Program-made: the position numbers and the translations under genes
The notes under the pieces: generated by a model
What the model was told of the DNA's origin: nothing
Databases searched by the model: none
The model's input: the letters and a program-made list of their open reading frames with translations, nothing else
Assembly: GCA_963815195.1 (NCBI GenBank)
Contig: CAWFGE010000022.1
Location: 320,001-384,000 of the forward strand
Length of the DNA: 64,000 nt
Direction of reading: 5' to 3'
Origin: an uncultured Planctomycetaceae bacterium
GTDB lineage: Bacteria; Planctomycetota; Planctomycetia; Planctomycetales; Planctomycetaceae
Part shown: positions 8,931-18,748 of the stretch, one piece after another
How the letters are laid out: every line of letters begins with the position of its first letter
Numbering within the stretch: the stretch's first letter is position 1

Positions 8931-10829
8931 ATGCCCGCCGATTGGTCAAAAACGATCCCTTTCAAAGTCGATATTGCGGGGATCATTGAAATCATGGGGG
9001 CCTCGCTTTACAGCCGGCCCGATACGCCCATCCGCGAACTCGTGCAGAACGCGCACGACGGCATCATGCGCCGCCGGCAAGCGGATTTGCAGTACACGGG
9101 CCGGATCGACATCCGCCAGAACGCGGACGAGAAATCGATCAGCTTCACCGACGACGGCGTGGGTTTGAACGCGGAAGAAGCCGAGACGTATTTGGGCACG
9201 CTGGGCATCGGGATTACGGGGCTCATCAAGAAAAAATCGCCGGTGATCTCCGACCGCTCGGCCGATGCGGGGATGTTGATCGGGCAGTTCGGGATCGGTC
9301 TGTTTAGCGCGTTCATGCTCGCCGACCGCATGGTTGTGGAGACCCGGCGGGTCCATACCCCGGAGGATGCGGGCGTCCGCTGGGAAGCCGGTCCGGGCAC
9401 CGACATTCATCTGGCCGGCTGCGTCCGCCCGCAGCCCGGCACCACGGTGACCTTGTTCCTCAAAGAGGACTATGCCGCGTTCGCCACGAACGAAAGCCTC
9501 CTGGAAGAAGCCGTCCGCGAGTATGCGGATTTCCTGCCAGTGCCGATTTTTTTGAACGATGCCCACCCGGAAGAACCCGAGACCGAAGGCCGCAGCAAGC
9601 CGCGGGTGAACGTGATCAACGTCGCCTGGTTCGATCCCACGCCGGACGATGAAGCGGTGGAGATGGCGCTCGAGGAATACTTCGAAGAGGCCCCGCTGGA
9701 TGTGATCCCGGTGCGGATGGAGCATCCCGTCTCGATCGCCGGGGCGCTTTATATCACGCCCCGCCGGGTGCCGGGCTTTTCGGACGAGGCGACCGTCGCG
9801 GTCACGGTCCGGCGGATGGTGATCTCGCGGAAGATCCAAGGCCTGCTTCCCGAATGGGCGTCGTTCCTGCGGGGGGTCTTGGAACTCAACGACAATTCGC
9901 CGACCGCCAGCCGGGAGGATCTGGTGCGGGACGAGAAGTTTCATCTCGTCCGGCACGTTCTGGAAAACCTGCTGTTCGAGCATCTGGAGCAGCTCGCCGA
10001 ATCGGACATGCCCCGGCTCCAGGCGATGATCACCTGGCACCGCTACACGTTGGCGGGGGCGGCGCTCACCGTGCCGCGGTTGCGGGAGTTATTGAGGGAA
10101 ACCTATCGCTTTCCCACGTCGCAGGGGCAGTTGACGTTCGAGGAAATCCTCGCCCAAAGCCCGGCCGATCCGTTGTTCGAGACCGAAGCCGAGTACGTCA
10201 TCTGGTACAACACCGACCGCCGGCAGGAGCATTGGGCGAACACGCTGTTCGCCGGCCACGAAAACCCCTGCGTGCATACGCTGATGAGCTTCGAGGAATC
10301 TCTGCTGACTGCGATGGCTTCGGATTTGAATGCCGAGGGCGCTGCGATCGATCTTAGGATCGCCAGTCCCGGGGTGCCGGGCTTTGCCGAGTGCATTTTG
10401 GGCATCCACGACATCGAGCCGGCCCCGGACGATTGGCAGAGCTTCTTCGAGTCCACCGGGGCCAAGGTGTTTTGCGCGACGTTCCAGACCGATCAGCCGG
10501 TGATGGCCTTTTTGAACGAACGCCGGGAGTTGCTCCGCACGTTCGAGGCGCTCAAAAAGGAAGGCACGATCCCCGCGGGTTTTCAACGGATGATCGACGC
10601 CCACCTCTCCAGCGACGCCCCGGATGCGAACGAAGTGCTCCTGAATCGAAACCACCGCCTGGTCTCGCGGGCGCTGTCCAAATCGACTTCGCATCCCCTG
10701 GCCAGCGTGCTCCGGCTGTTGGTTCTGGGCGCGCTCAATTCGGCCGGGGCCACCGTGGACCGTCCGGCTCATCAGCAACAGGCCGACGACCTCGACTGGA
10801 TTGCCGAAGCCCTGTGGGGCCGCGACTGA
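8931..10829 (+). CDS. HSP90/HtpG-like GHKL ATPase
   Basis: RELVQNAHD, DDGVG, IGQFGIGLFSAF, GTTVTL, PTASRE. Confidence 0.88.
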   Translation: MPADWSKTIPFKVDIAGIIEIMGASLYSRPDTPIRELVQNAHDGIMRRRQADLQYTGRIDIRQNADEKSISFTDDGVGLNAEEAETYLGTLGIGITGLIKKKSPVISDRSADAGMLIGQFGIGLFSAFMLADRMVVETRRVHTPEDAGVRWEAGPGTDIHLAGCVRPQPGTTVTLFLKEDYAAFATNESLLEEAVREYADFLPVPIFLNDAHPEEPETEGRSKPRVNVINVAWFDPTPDDEAVEMALEEYFEEAPLDVIPVRMEHPVSIAGALYITPRRVPGFSDEATVAVTVRRMVISRKIQGLLPEWASFLRGVLELNDNSPTASREDLVRDEKFHLVRHVLENLLFEHLEQLAESDMPRLQAMITWHRYTLAGAALTVPRLRELLRETYRFPTSQGQLTFEEILAQSPADPLFETEAEYVIWYNTDRRQEHWANTLFAGHENPCVHTLMSFEESLLTAMASDLNAEGAAIDLRIASPGVPGFAECILGIHDIEPAPDDWQSFFESTGAKVFCATFQTDQPVMAFLNERRELLRTFEALKKEGTIPAGFQRMIDAHLSSDAPDANEVLLNRNHRLVSRALSKSTSHPLASVLRLLVLGALNSAGATVDRPAHQQQADDLDWIAEALWGRD

Positions 10830-10978
10830 CACTCGGCCGCGCTTTCCGCGGATGGGGGGATGTAGAGTTGTGATTTCACGGGGGCCTGACTAAACTGTGG
10901 CCTTTCCCGCCTCTTTGCGATCAGGGTTCGCGCCGAGGGCGTGGATTTTCGTGACATGGTTTCCTTGAGACGATTGAG

Positions 10979-11530
10979 ATGACGACCCCGATGCGACATG
11001 TGCTGTCCGCGCTGGTGATGAACCAGCCGGGCGTCTTGGCCCACATTTCCGGAATGCTCGCGTCCCGGGCCTTCAACATCGACAGCCTTGCCGTCGGCGA
11101 GACGGAAATCCCGGCGTTTTCCCGGATGACGTTCGTCGTCCGCGGCGACGACCGCGTGCTCGACCAGGTCCGCAAACAACTCGAAAAAATCGTCACGGTC
11201 GTCAAAGTGCTTGACTATTCCGGCGAGGATTTCGTCGAGCGCGATCTCATGCTCATCAAAGTCAGCACGAAAAACCACAAACGCAGCGAAATCAAGGAAC
11301 TGGTCGATATATTCCGCGGCCGGATTGTGGATGTCAGCCCGGAGCACGTGATGATCGAAATCTCCGGCCCGGAAAAGAAGATCGAGGCGTTTATCGATTT
11401 GATGCGGCCGTTTGGGATCCTGGAAATGGTCCGCACCGGCCGGATTGCCATGCTCAGGGGCGAATCGATGAGCCGGGATCTACCGGAGCATCCCGAGAAC
11501 CGCACCGAACCCGCGGAAGCCGGCAGCTAA
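10979..11530 (+). CDS. ilvN: Acetolactate synthase small subunit
   Basis: NQPGVLAHISGMLASRAFNIDSLAVG, EMVRTG; upstream of ilvC. Confidence 0.95.
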   Translation: MTTPMRHVLSALVMNQPGVLAHISGMLASRAFNIDSLAVGETEIPAFSRMTFVVRGDDRVLDQVRKQLEKIVTVVKVLDYSGEDFVERDLMLIKVSTKNHKRSEIKELVDIFRGRIVDVSPEHVMIEISGPEKKIEAFIDLMRPFGILEMVRTGRIAMLRGESMSRDLPEHPENRTEPAEAGS

Positions 11531-11584
11531 ACGAAGCTTACCGATTGAAACTTAACCGCAAACCCTTTTTCAAAAGACGAAACC

Positions 11585-12589
11585 ATGGCCGCGAAGATTT
11601 ATTACGACGACGACGCCGATCTGTCACTTCTGAAAAACAAGACCATTGCCATCATCGGCTACGGAAGCCAAGGGCATGCCCAGGCCCAGAACCTGCGGGA
11701 CAGCGGGTGTAAGGTGATCGTCGGCCAGCGGAAAGGCAGTGCGAATTACGACCTGGCGGTGAGCCACGGCTTCGATCCCCTGCCCGCCGCCGAAGCCGCC
11801 GCCACCGGGGACATGGTGAACGTCCTGCTGCCGGACGAAGTCCAGGGCGATGTTTACCGCAATGATATTCGCGATCAATTGAAGCCCGGCAACTTGCTCA
11901 TGTGCTCGCACGGGTTCAACATCCATTTCGGCCAGGTGATCCCGCCCAAAGGCGTCGATGCAGCGCTCGTCGCTCCCAAGGGACCGGGGCATCTCGTCCG
12001 CAGCGAATACGTCAAAGGCGGCGGCGTGCCTTCCTTGATCGCGATGGGCGAAGGGGCCTCCGACGAAAGCCGGCAGTTGGCGCTCGCGTATGCCAAGGGC
12101 ATCGGCGGCACGCGGGGCGGCGTGATCGAAACCAGCTTCGCCGAGGAAACCGAGACCGACCTGTTCGGCGAGCAGGTCGTGCTCTGCGGCGGCGTGAGCG
12201 CCCTCGTCAAAGCCGCGTTCGAAACGCTCGTCGAAGCCGGCTACCAGCCGGAGATGGCCTACTTCGAGTGCATGCACGAACTCAAGCTGATCGTGGACTT
12301 GTTCTATCAAGGCGGCCTCAACTACATGCGGTACAGCGTGTCCAACACCGCCGAGTTCGGCGATTACACCCGCGGGCCGCGGATCATCACCGAGGAAACC
12401 AAGCAGGAAATGCGGAAAATCCTCGACGAAATCCAGCGCGGCGAGTTCGCCAAGGAATGGATTCTGGAAAACAAAGCCAACCAGCCCACCTTCCAGGCCA
12501 CCCGCCGCCGGGACCGCAATCATCTCATCGAGAAAGTCGGCCGCGAACTCCGCAGCATGATGACCTGGATCGACGCGAAAGAGGTGTAG
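11585..12589 (+). CDS. ilvC: Ketol-acid reductoisomerase
   Basis: [40 protein letters not shown]. Confidence 0.98.
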   Translation: MAAKIYYDDDADLSLLKNKTIAIIGYGSQGHAQAQNLRDSGCKVIVGQRKGSANYDLAVSHGFDPLPAAEAAATGDMVNVLLPDEVQGDVYRNDIRDQLKPGNLLMCSHGFNIHFGQVIPPKGVDAALVAPKGPGHLVRSEYVKGGGVPSLIAMGEGASDESRQLALAYAKGIGGTRGGVIETSFAEETETDLFGEQVVLCGGVSALVKAAFETLVEAGYQPEMAYFECMHELKLIVDLFYQGGLNYMRYSVSNTAEFGDYTRGPRIITEETKQEMRKILDEIQRGEFAKEWILENKANQPTFQATRRRDRNHLIEKVGRELRSMMTWIDAKEV

Positions 12590-12607
12590 ACCACGCTTGC
12601 CCCATGG

Positions 12608-12633
12608 AAAGGCCGGCGTCGCCGGCCTTTTTT
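12608..12633 (+). terminator. Intrinsic terminator after ilvC
   Basis: AAAGGCCGGC-GTC-GCCGGCCTTTTTT. Confidence 0.8.
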
Positions 12634-12639
12634 CATTCA

Positions 12640-12686
12640 CGAACGGCGCGATCCGCCGCCGGGACAACGCCGTGCAGGTCGAGACA
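12640..12686 (-). pseudogene. 47-bp diverged fragment of a DUF1549-type gene
   Basis: 43/47 identical to 15328-15374; encodes CLDLHGVVPAADRAVR vs CLDLHGVVPSAERTVR. Confidence 0.7.
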
Positions 12687-12732
12687 CAGATGTGACACGG
12701 GAATCGGTCAGGAATTCGAACGGCGGCCGTGG

Positions 12733-14019
12733 TTAGAGAAGTTCCGAGATCACTTTCACCGGCTTGCTGGTATCGACAAGGGCAATCGGCCGATCGACGC
12801 CGGGGGCGCGGTTTTGGCGAGTGGAATCGATCCCCAAAACCGTGCAGAGGCTGCCCAGGAAATCGACGACACTGACGGGCCGCTCCAGAACCTCCTCGGC
12901 GTTCTGGTCGGTGCGGCCGATGACCTGGCCGCTTTGAATCCCGCCGCCGATGAGCACGCTGCTCCAAGCGCGGGCCCAGTGATTGCGTCCGCCGCCGCTG
13001 GTGATCTGCGGACTGCGGCCGAACTCGCCCATCCAGATGATCAGAGTGGAATCCAATCGTCCGCGCTCTTTGAGATCCTCGATGAGAGCCGCCATGCCGA
13101 CGTCGGCTTCGCTCGACAAGGCGCGGGTGCGGGGGAAGTTGTCGCGGTGCGTGTCCCAGCCGACGCCGTCGCCCATCATGACTTCGACGAACCGGACACC
13201 CGTCTCGACGAGTCGCCGGGCCATGAGACAGCCTTGCCCGAAACTTCCCCGTCCGTACCGATCGCGGACCGCACCCGGTTCCCGCGAAAGATCAAAGGCC
13301 ACTTTTTGCTGCGAGTTCATCAGCCGGACCGCCCGATCCAGCGTGGCACGGTGCGCTTGAGCCGGCGCCACAGGATGGCTTTCCTGAAACGCATCGTCGA
13401 ACCGGCGAAGCAATGCGTATTGCCGCTCGAACTCTTTCTGGCTGGCCAACGGGTCGAGGAAGTCGGTTCCGCGATCGGGACTGGTGACATCCAGAGGCTG
13501 ATGATCCGGCCCGAAGAATCCCGAGCCCATCGCGTGACGGGGACCGCCGCCGATGCAAACGAAATTCGGCAGCGGAAAATCCCGCTGGCCCAACTCGCGG
13601 GAGACGATCGCGCCCAGGCTGGGATACGCCACGCCGCCGGCTCGCTTCTGGTAACCGGTGTGAACGTGGTACGTGGCGAGTTGGTGGTCCGATTCGACGG
13701 TGCTCATGCCGCGTAGCAGGGCGGCATGCTTCATCAGCCTGGCGAATTTCGGGAAGTGCTCGCTGATTTGAATGCCGGCGACGGCCGTGTCAATCGGCTG
13801 AAACTCTCCGCGGATGCGATCCGAGGCGTCCGGTTTGAGATCGAAGGTGTCGAGATGGCTCGGTCCACCCGCCATCCACAGCAGGATGCAGGACTTCGCC
13901 GTCGATTGCTCCGCGGCATGGGCTGCGAGCCTCCCGAACCAGCCGCCGAGCGCACTGCCCGCTCCGAGTGATAAAATCTGCCGGCGTGTGAGACTTTCAA
14001 GCATTGCCTTTCTCCTCAA
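12733..14019 (-). CDS. DUF1501 family Tat-exported protein
   Basis: TRRQIL signal, GGPSHLDTFDLKP, ARRLVETGV, GWDTH, GEFGRSP. Confidence 0.92.
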   Translation of the reverse strand: MRRKAMLESLTRRQILSLGAGSALGGWFGRLAAHAAEQSTAKSCILLWMAGGPSHLDTFDLKPDASDRIRGEFQPIDTAVAGIQISEHFPKFARLMKHAALLRGMSTVESDHQLATYHVHTGYQKRAGGVAYPSLGAIVSRELGQRDFPLPNFVCIGGGPRHAMGSGFFGPDHQPLDVTSPDRGTDFLDPLASQKEFERQYALLRRFDDAFQESHPVAPAQAHRATLDRAVRLMNSQQKVAFDLSREPGAVRDRYGRGSFGQGCLMARRLVETGVRFVEVMMGDGVGWDTHRDNFPRTRALSSEADVGMAALIEDLKERGRLDSTLIIWMGEFGRSPQITSGGGRNHWARAWSSVLIGGGIQSGQVIGRTDQNAEEVLERPVSVVDFLGSLCTVLGIDSTRQNRAPGVDRPIALVDTSKPVKVISELL

Positions 14020-15551
14020 TGGTTCAACAGGAACTCGCTGCTCATCAACAAGGCCCAGGCCAGTTCTCGGTAGGCGGTTTCGGACGATCCCGCATCCTGC
14101 AGATGCTCCTGGGCCAGTTGCTGCTCTTTGGGCGTAGGTCGCCGGGCGAAGATCGTCAGAAACAACGCTTCGACTGTCTTATCGGCCGTGGGTGTCGAGC
14201 CGGCAATCCGCGAAACCATCGCTTGAAGATTGCGTCCCGCGAATTGCGGCGAGTTCATCAACCGCAACGCGTGAGGAATGCCGCGCTCATAGCGGGTGGG
14301 ATCGGCGTCGCCGTCGCTCGCAAAAAATTGGCAGAACTCATGCCGGACCCCGAGCCGAGTGTTGATCCCTCGCGTCTTTCCCGGCGGCCCCAAAATCGTC
14401 TCCAGCGAATCGTACAATTGCTCGGGTGTGAGGACCTTGACCTGCATCCTCGCGAACAACTTTGCTTCTTCATCAGGCTTTTCTCCAGGCCGGCTCGCTT
14501 GCTGATAGCTGCGGCTGTTGAGGATCGCCCGGCAGAGGAGTTTCAGATCGAAGCGGGACTCCGCGAACCGCTGGCTCAACAGCTCGAGCAGTTCCGGATG
14601 GGACGGGGGATTGCCTGTGTGCATGTCGTCCACCGGGTTGACGATGCCCCGGCCGAAGAAGTGCCACCACATGCGGTTGACCATCGCCCGGGCAAAATAG
14701 GGATTCTCCGGCGAGGTCGCCCAGCGGGCCAAGGCGGTTCGTCGCGGTGTGCCCGCCTGGTCTTCCCACGCTTTGCCGCCCAGAAACGTCGGCGGCTGGG
14801 ATTGAAAGCCTTCCAGCATGTCGGTCTCATTGAGCGCGGCCAGGGAAATGTTCGGATCGTCCTTCACTCCGAACCGGTAAACCGTCTTCGGCCGGCCTGG
14901 CGTTTGGATTTCGGTAAAGAACGCCGCCATGCCCCAATAGTCCCGCTGCTTCCATTCCACAAACGGATGGTCGTGGCATTGGGTGCAATTCAGCCGGATT
15001 CCCAGAAAGTAACGCGAACTGAGATCGGTCAAGTCCGTGATGCTCAGCGGGTAGCGACCTTCAATCAAGTACGTCACTTCCGGATTTTCGTCCAGCTTTC
15101 CAGCGGCCGTCATCAGATCAAACACGGTCCGGTCCCAACCGTCGTTTTTGTTGAAGCGCTCGGACAGCCAGCCGGCGAAGCGTTCCGTCTGCATCCGCTG
15201 CTCATTGGCCAGCGGAGAAATCAGATAACCCTGCCAGATGTCGCCGAAATGCTCGCCAAACCGCGGACTCGCCAAGAGTTCCTCGATCAATTGGCTGCGC
15301 TTGTCGGGATCGCGGCTCTCGAGAAAGCGAACGGTGCGCTCCGCCGACGGGACAACGCCGTGCAGATCGAGACAAACCCGCCGCAAGAACGTCGCCTCGT
15401 CCGCCGCGGGAAGCCGCTGCACTTTCTCGCGGTCAAGACGCGTTTGGATCTGGCGGTCGATCAACTCCGAGAGCGGCTCGGGAGGATCCGCCAAAAGGGA
15501 ATTCATGGATAAGCAATTCAGCAGGACCGCGGCGACCAGTGTCCGAGACAT
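14016..15551 (-). CDS. DUF1549/DUF1553 planctomycete protein
   Basis: FLRRVCLDLHG, NCTQCHDHP, FARAMVNRMW, PEQLYDSL, SSEFLLNH; start MSRTLV after GGAG. Confidence 0.92.
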   Translation of the reverse strand: MSRTLVAAVLLNCLSMNSLLADPPEPLSELIDRQIQTRLDREKVQRLPAADEATFLRRVCLDLHGVVPSAERTVRFLESRDPDKRSQLIEELLASPRFGEHFGDIWQGYLISPLANEQRMQTERFAGWLSERFNKNDGWDRTVFDLMTAAGKLDENPEVTYLIEGRYPLSITDLTDLSSRYFLGIRLNCTQCHDHPFVEWKQRDYWGMAAFFTEIQTPGRPKTVYRFGVKDDPNISLAALNETDMLEGFQSQPPTFLGGKAWEDQAGTPRRTALARWATSPENPYFARAMVNRMWWHFFGRGIVNPVDDMHTGNPPSHPELLELLSQRFAESRFDLKLLCRAILNSRSYQQASRPGEKPDEEAKLFARMQVKVLTPEQLYDSLETILGPPGKTRGINTRLGVRHEFCQFFASDGDADPTRYERGIPHALRLMNSPQFAGRNLQAMVSRIAGSTPTADKTVEALFLTIFARRPTPKEQQLAQEHLQDAGSSETAYRELAWALLMSSEFLLNH

Positions 15552-15649
15552 TTTTGCTCCTCCAAGAATCGTATCAAAGCGCACTGATTCTACACGGCCC
15601 GGGAACTTTGCAACAGCCAAGCCCATGCCGGCTGTCCGCTTCTCAAAGG

Positions 15650-15674
15650 CCGGCGGCTAGCGCCCAGCCGCTCA
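15650..15674. repeat. REP-like half related to 60783 element
   Basis: CCGGCGGCTAGCGCCCAGCCGCTCA, inverse relative of TGAGCGGCAAGTCGCTAGCCGCCGG. Confidence 0.5.
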
Positions 15675-15722
15675 TTCAAAGATGGGCGGTTAGCGCGGTG
15701 CGGCGCGCTTTTGCAAAGGCTG

Positions 15723-16475
15723 TCACGCGGCTGGACCGGCATCGGCGGCGAGGAGTGGTTTGAGCGACTTCTTGCTGTGCCATTCGTGCTCGATGCCCAG
15801 CATCAACAGGGCGCAGTCAAATTCCACCGAGCCTTGGGGAAACAGGTTGGGGTTCTCAAAGAAGCTCGACTCGACCCGCTCAATTTCCAGCGGGTGAACC
15901 TTCCAGCCGAACGAGCGAAGCTCCAGGCCGTCGTACTCGTCCCGTTGGGCCGTGTCCGAATAGCCCAGAGAGCCGGCTTCAAAAAAATCCGAAGCCTCTT
16001 CGAGGCACCGAAACACAGAGCCGGCCGGCAGTTCCGGAGCCATCGACCCCGCGACCGCCAGGTGCGTTTCGCCGTCGTCGCTGTCGAGAATCACGCGGTA
16101 ATGCCCTTCCCGCTCCTCGACTTGGAACCGGGCGTGATGATGCACGCCGGGAAACAACCGCCCGCCCGCGAGCGCGTTCCAGCGCGACGAGGTATCCCGC
16201 CGGGGAATGTAAACCCCCTGGTGCACCTCGCCGTCCTCGTCCCATTCGACCGCCATGCGATGGGCGGCGTTTTCGGATGCGAGGCCCAGTAACCCCGGCA
16301 GAAACCGGGGCCGGATGCTTTTCAGGCGAATCAGGCAAATGCCCGCCATGCCCGCGCCGTGAATTACGTGGGGCCGAAACGGCGGCGGCAGCACCTTGGC
16401 CAACACGTCGGCGTCGACGCGATAGTTGACCAGAATCCGCCGGTCGATAATGCCTCGAATAATCGGAATTCGCAT
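15723..16475 (-). CDS. DUF2071 family protein
   Basis: RRILVNYRVD, SENAAHRMAVEW, GVYIPRRDT. Confidence 0.8.
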   Translation of the reverse strand: MRIPIIRGIIDRRILVNYRVDADVLAKVLPPPFRPHVIHGAGMAGICLIRLKSIRPRFLPGLLGLASENAAHRMAVEWDEDGEVHQGVYIPRRDTSSRWNALAGGRLFPGVHHHARFQVEEREGHYRVILDSDDGETHLAVAGSMAPELPAGSVFRCLEEASDFFEAGSLGYSDTAQRDEYDGLELRSFGWKVHPLEIERVESSFFENPNLFPQGSVEFDCALLMLGIEHEWHSKKSLKPLLAADAGPAA

Positions 16476-16775
16476 GGTTCTTTCTCCAGTGCCGGGAGAG
16501 AACCGCAGACGCTGTGGAGGATTAACCTGAACGGGACAGGTTTGAGAAATCGCGCGGCATCAAACTCCACAATAAAAAACTATCCATTGTGTTCCCGCAT
16601 TGCAACAGCTTGGATTCAAGACGAGCGGCTTCGTGCCCCAGGCTTTTTTTGCAACCCGACACGGCTTTGCAGGTATCGTGAATTCCCCCTAAAACGCTTG
16701 AAATGATGGGGGATTTCCGCAACCCCGAACCGAACCTAAAGTTTCGACAAATTTTAAAAAAAACCAAAATCCGGC

Positions 16776-16804
16776 TTGAAGGGCTGTTGATGGATGGTCA
16801 TACT
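16776..16804 (+). promoter_or_regulatory. Putative sigma70-type promoter for DUF1559 gene
   Basis: TTGAAG-17-CATACT with an A/T-rich UP-like tract just upstream. Confidence 0.45.
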
Positions 16805-17080
16805 GACCTTCAGAGATGGATGTGAATCATCACCCCAAGGGAATGGCGATTCACGATCTCACCCTTTCTCAACTCGGTTCTCATGCTGGCGGATCCCAAA
16901 GTGGTGGTTCGCCCGATCGCTTTTCAAATCACACCTCGATGTGTTTGGTCCGTCCACTTTGCCGGATGTTTTGACCAGCGAGTTTGATTCCGGTGTGGGA
17001 AGGCGCTCCGGCGTATTCCTCCCGCCTTCAAACACATCCCCTGAATCTCTTTTTCCATGTCACATAAATGGAGGCACCGG

Positions 17081-18022
17081 ATGTTTTCGAAACATCGTCA
17101 TCGTGGATTTACGCTCATTGAACTTTTGGTGGTGATCGCGATTATTGCGATCTTAATTGCCCTGTTGTTGCCGGCGGTGCAGCAAGCCCGGGAGGCCGCC
17201 CGCCGCTCCACCTGCAAAAACAACCTCAAGCAGTTGGGGTTGGCCATGCACAACTACCACGAAACCTACAAAATGTTTCCGCCGGACAACACCTTCACCC
17301 GCGGGAAGATCGGGACGAGCAGCATCGAAGCCTGGGGCTGGGGAACGTATTTGCTGCCGTTCCTGGACCAGGCGCCGCTGTTTAAGAATATGGGGGTCAG
17401 CAGTCGCACGCTCGATAAAATGCTCGGCACCTCGGCCAAGACCTACGCCCAGACCAGCCTGCCCGTCTTCCTCTGCCCGTCCGACGATTCCCAGGTTCTC
17501 AATCTCAAGCGCGCGTTCAATAACAATTTCCATGTCGCGACTTCCAACTACGTCGCCAATCACGGTTGCCGCTGGAGCCAGCCCGACCAGCGAAATCGCG
17601 ATCCGATGGGAATATTCAATGTGACGCCCAACCCCATCCGCCTCCGGGACATCACCGACGGCCCGAGCAATACGATTGCCATCGGCGAGCGGGCTTATAA
17701 TCCCTGCAAGGCGGCGGTCTGGGTGGGCACGCGAAACTACAACGGGAACGGCGACATCGGAAACCGCCACCACCTGGCGGTTGTCCAGGGCAGCAATACG
17801 CGGATCAACAGCCCCAACGCCGGCGGCTGCCGCGAATCGTTCAACAGCAAACACGTGGGCGGGGCCCAGTTCCTGTTCTGCGACGGCCGGGTCCAGTTCC
17901 TCAGCGAGAACATCAATTTCCGCAACCAAAACCGCTGCGCGACCAATGCCAACGCGGCCAACATGGGCATTTACCAGCGGCTGATCCACCGCAAGGAAGG
18001 CCAGGTGGTCGGGCAGTACTGA
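17081..18022 (+). CDS. DUF1559 prepilin-type N-terminal cleavage protein
   Basis: [37 protein letters not shown]9-DG motif [19 protein letters not shown]. Confidence 0.95.
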   Translation: MFSKHRHRGFTLIELLVVIAIIAILIALLLPAVQQAREAARRSTCKNNLKQLGLAMHNYHETYKMFPPDNTFTRGKIGTSSIEAWGWGTYLLPFLDQAPLFKNMGVSSRTLDKMLGTSAKTYAQTSLPVFLCPSDDSQVLNLKRAFNNNFHVATSNYVANHGCRWSQPDQRNRDPMGIFNVTPNPIRLRDITDGPSNTIAIGERAYNPCKAAVWVGTRNYNGNGDIGNRHHLAVVQGSNTRINSPNAGGCRESFNSKHVGGAQFLFCDGRVQFLSENINFRNQNRCATNANAANMGIYQRLIHRKEGQVVGQY

Positions 18023-18056
18023 TCCGGCTTGCGCTGCCTGCCGGCAAGTTAATAAC

Positions 18057-18091
18057 ACGGAAACCCCGCTTCACTTCAGCGGGGTTTCCGT
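18057..18091 (+). terminator. Strong hairpin between DUF1559 and lipoprotein gene
   Basis: ACGGAAACCCCGCT/AGCGGGGTTTCCGT inverted repeat. Confidence 0.55.
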
Positions 18092-18131
18092 TGCTTGAGC
18101 ATTTCTTCAGTTTCGCTTTTAAGGATTCATC

Positions 18132-18656
18132 ATGCGTAGCATACTTGATTCGCACTCGTCGTCCGTGTGTGCCGTGGCCTGGTTGTTTTTGGCGTTTTTT
18201 TTGAGCGGATGCGGAAGCAGCGGACCGCAGTTCAGCTCCGTGGAGGGCACGGTCACGCTCGATGGAAAACCCCTTCCCCACGCCCAAGTCGTGTTTCAGC
18301 CCACCGGCGAAACGAAAGAAAAAGGCGGCCCCTCGCAAGCCACTACGGACGAAAACGGCTATTACGACCTGCAATACACGCTCAACCAATCCGGGGCCCT
18401 CGTGGGCAAGCACATCGTGAGCATCAAGACCGGCGGAATCACCTATGACGAAAACGACAACGAAGTCAAAAACCCCGAAAAGGTGCCCGCCCGCTACAAT
18501 GTCTACGCCGACGGCACAAAGGAGATGAACGTGGAGGTGGAATCTGGAGGCAACACGCTGGATTTCGAACTGACCTCCGACGGCGACATCGTGGAACTCA
18601 AAGACGGCGAAGTCGACCCGAACAGCGGTGCGGGGGACGGCGGTTGCGTCTATTGA
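18132..18656 (+). CDS. Lipoprotein, carboxypeptidase-regulatory-like domain (usual DUF1559 partner)
   Basis: Lipobox LSGC, VEGTVTLDGKPL, TTDENGYY, VPARYN. Confidence 0.88.
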   Translation: MRSILDSHSSSVCAVAWLFLAFFLSGCGSSGPQFSSVEGTVTLDGKPLPHAQVVFQPTGETKEKGGPSQATTDENGYYDLQYTLNQSGALVGKHIVSIKTGGITYDENDNEVKNPEKVPARYNVYADGTKEMNVEVESGGNTLDFELTSDGDIVELKDGEVDPNSGAGDGGCVY

Positions 18657-18748
18657 CGACCGCTTCCCGTGCACCGGCGGAGTGGACACGGCCGGTTTTT
18701 TCCGGTTATCGTTGAGGAGTCCTTCATTTCCTGTTGAAAGGCTCCGAG

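Noticed and set aside
12640..15374. DGR template/variable repeat pair
   Set aside because: Only 47 bp, mismatches are not adenine-specific on either strand, no reverse transcriptase in the window.
11624..15512. Long overlapping or antisense ORFs (e.g. 11902-13716, 14004-15512; also 42699-44603)
   Set aside because: Shadow frames of real high-GC genes with no recognisable motifs.
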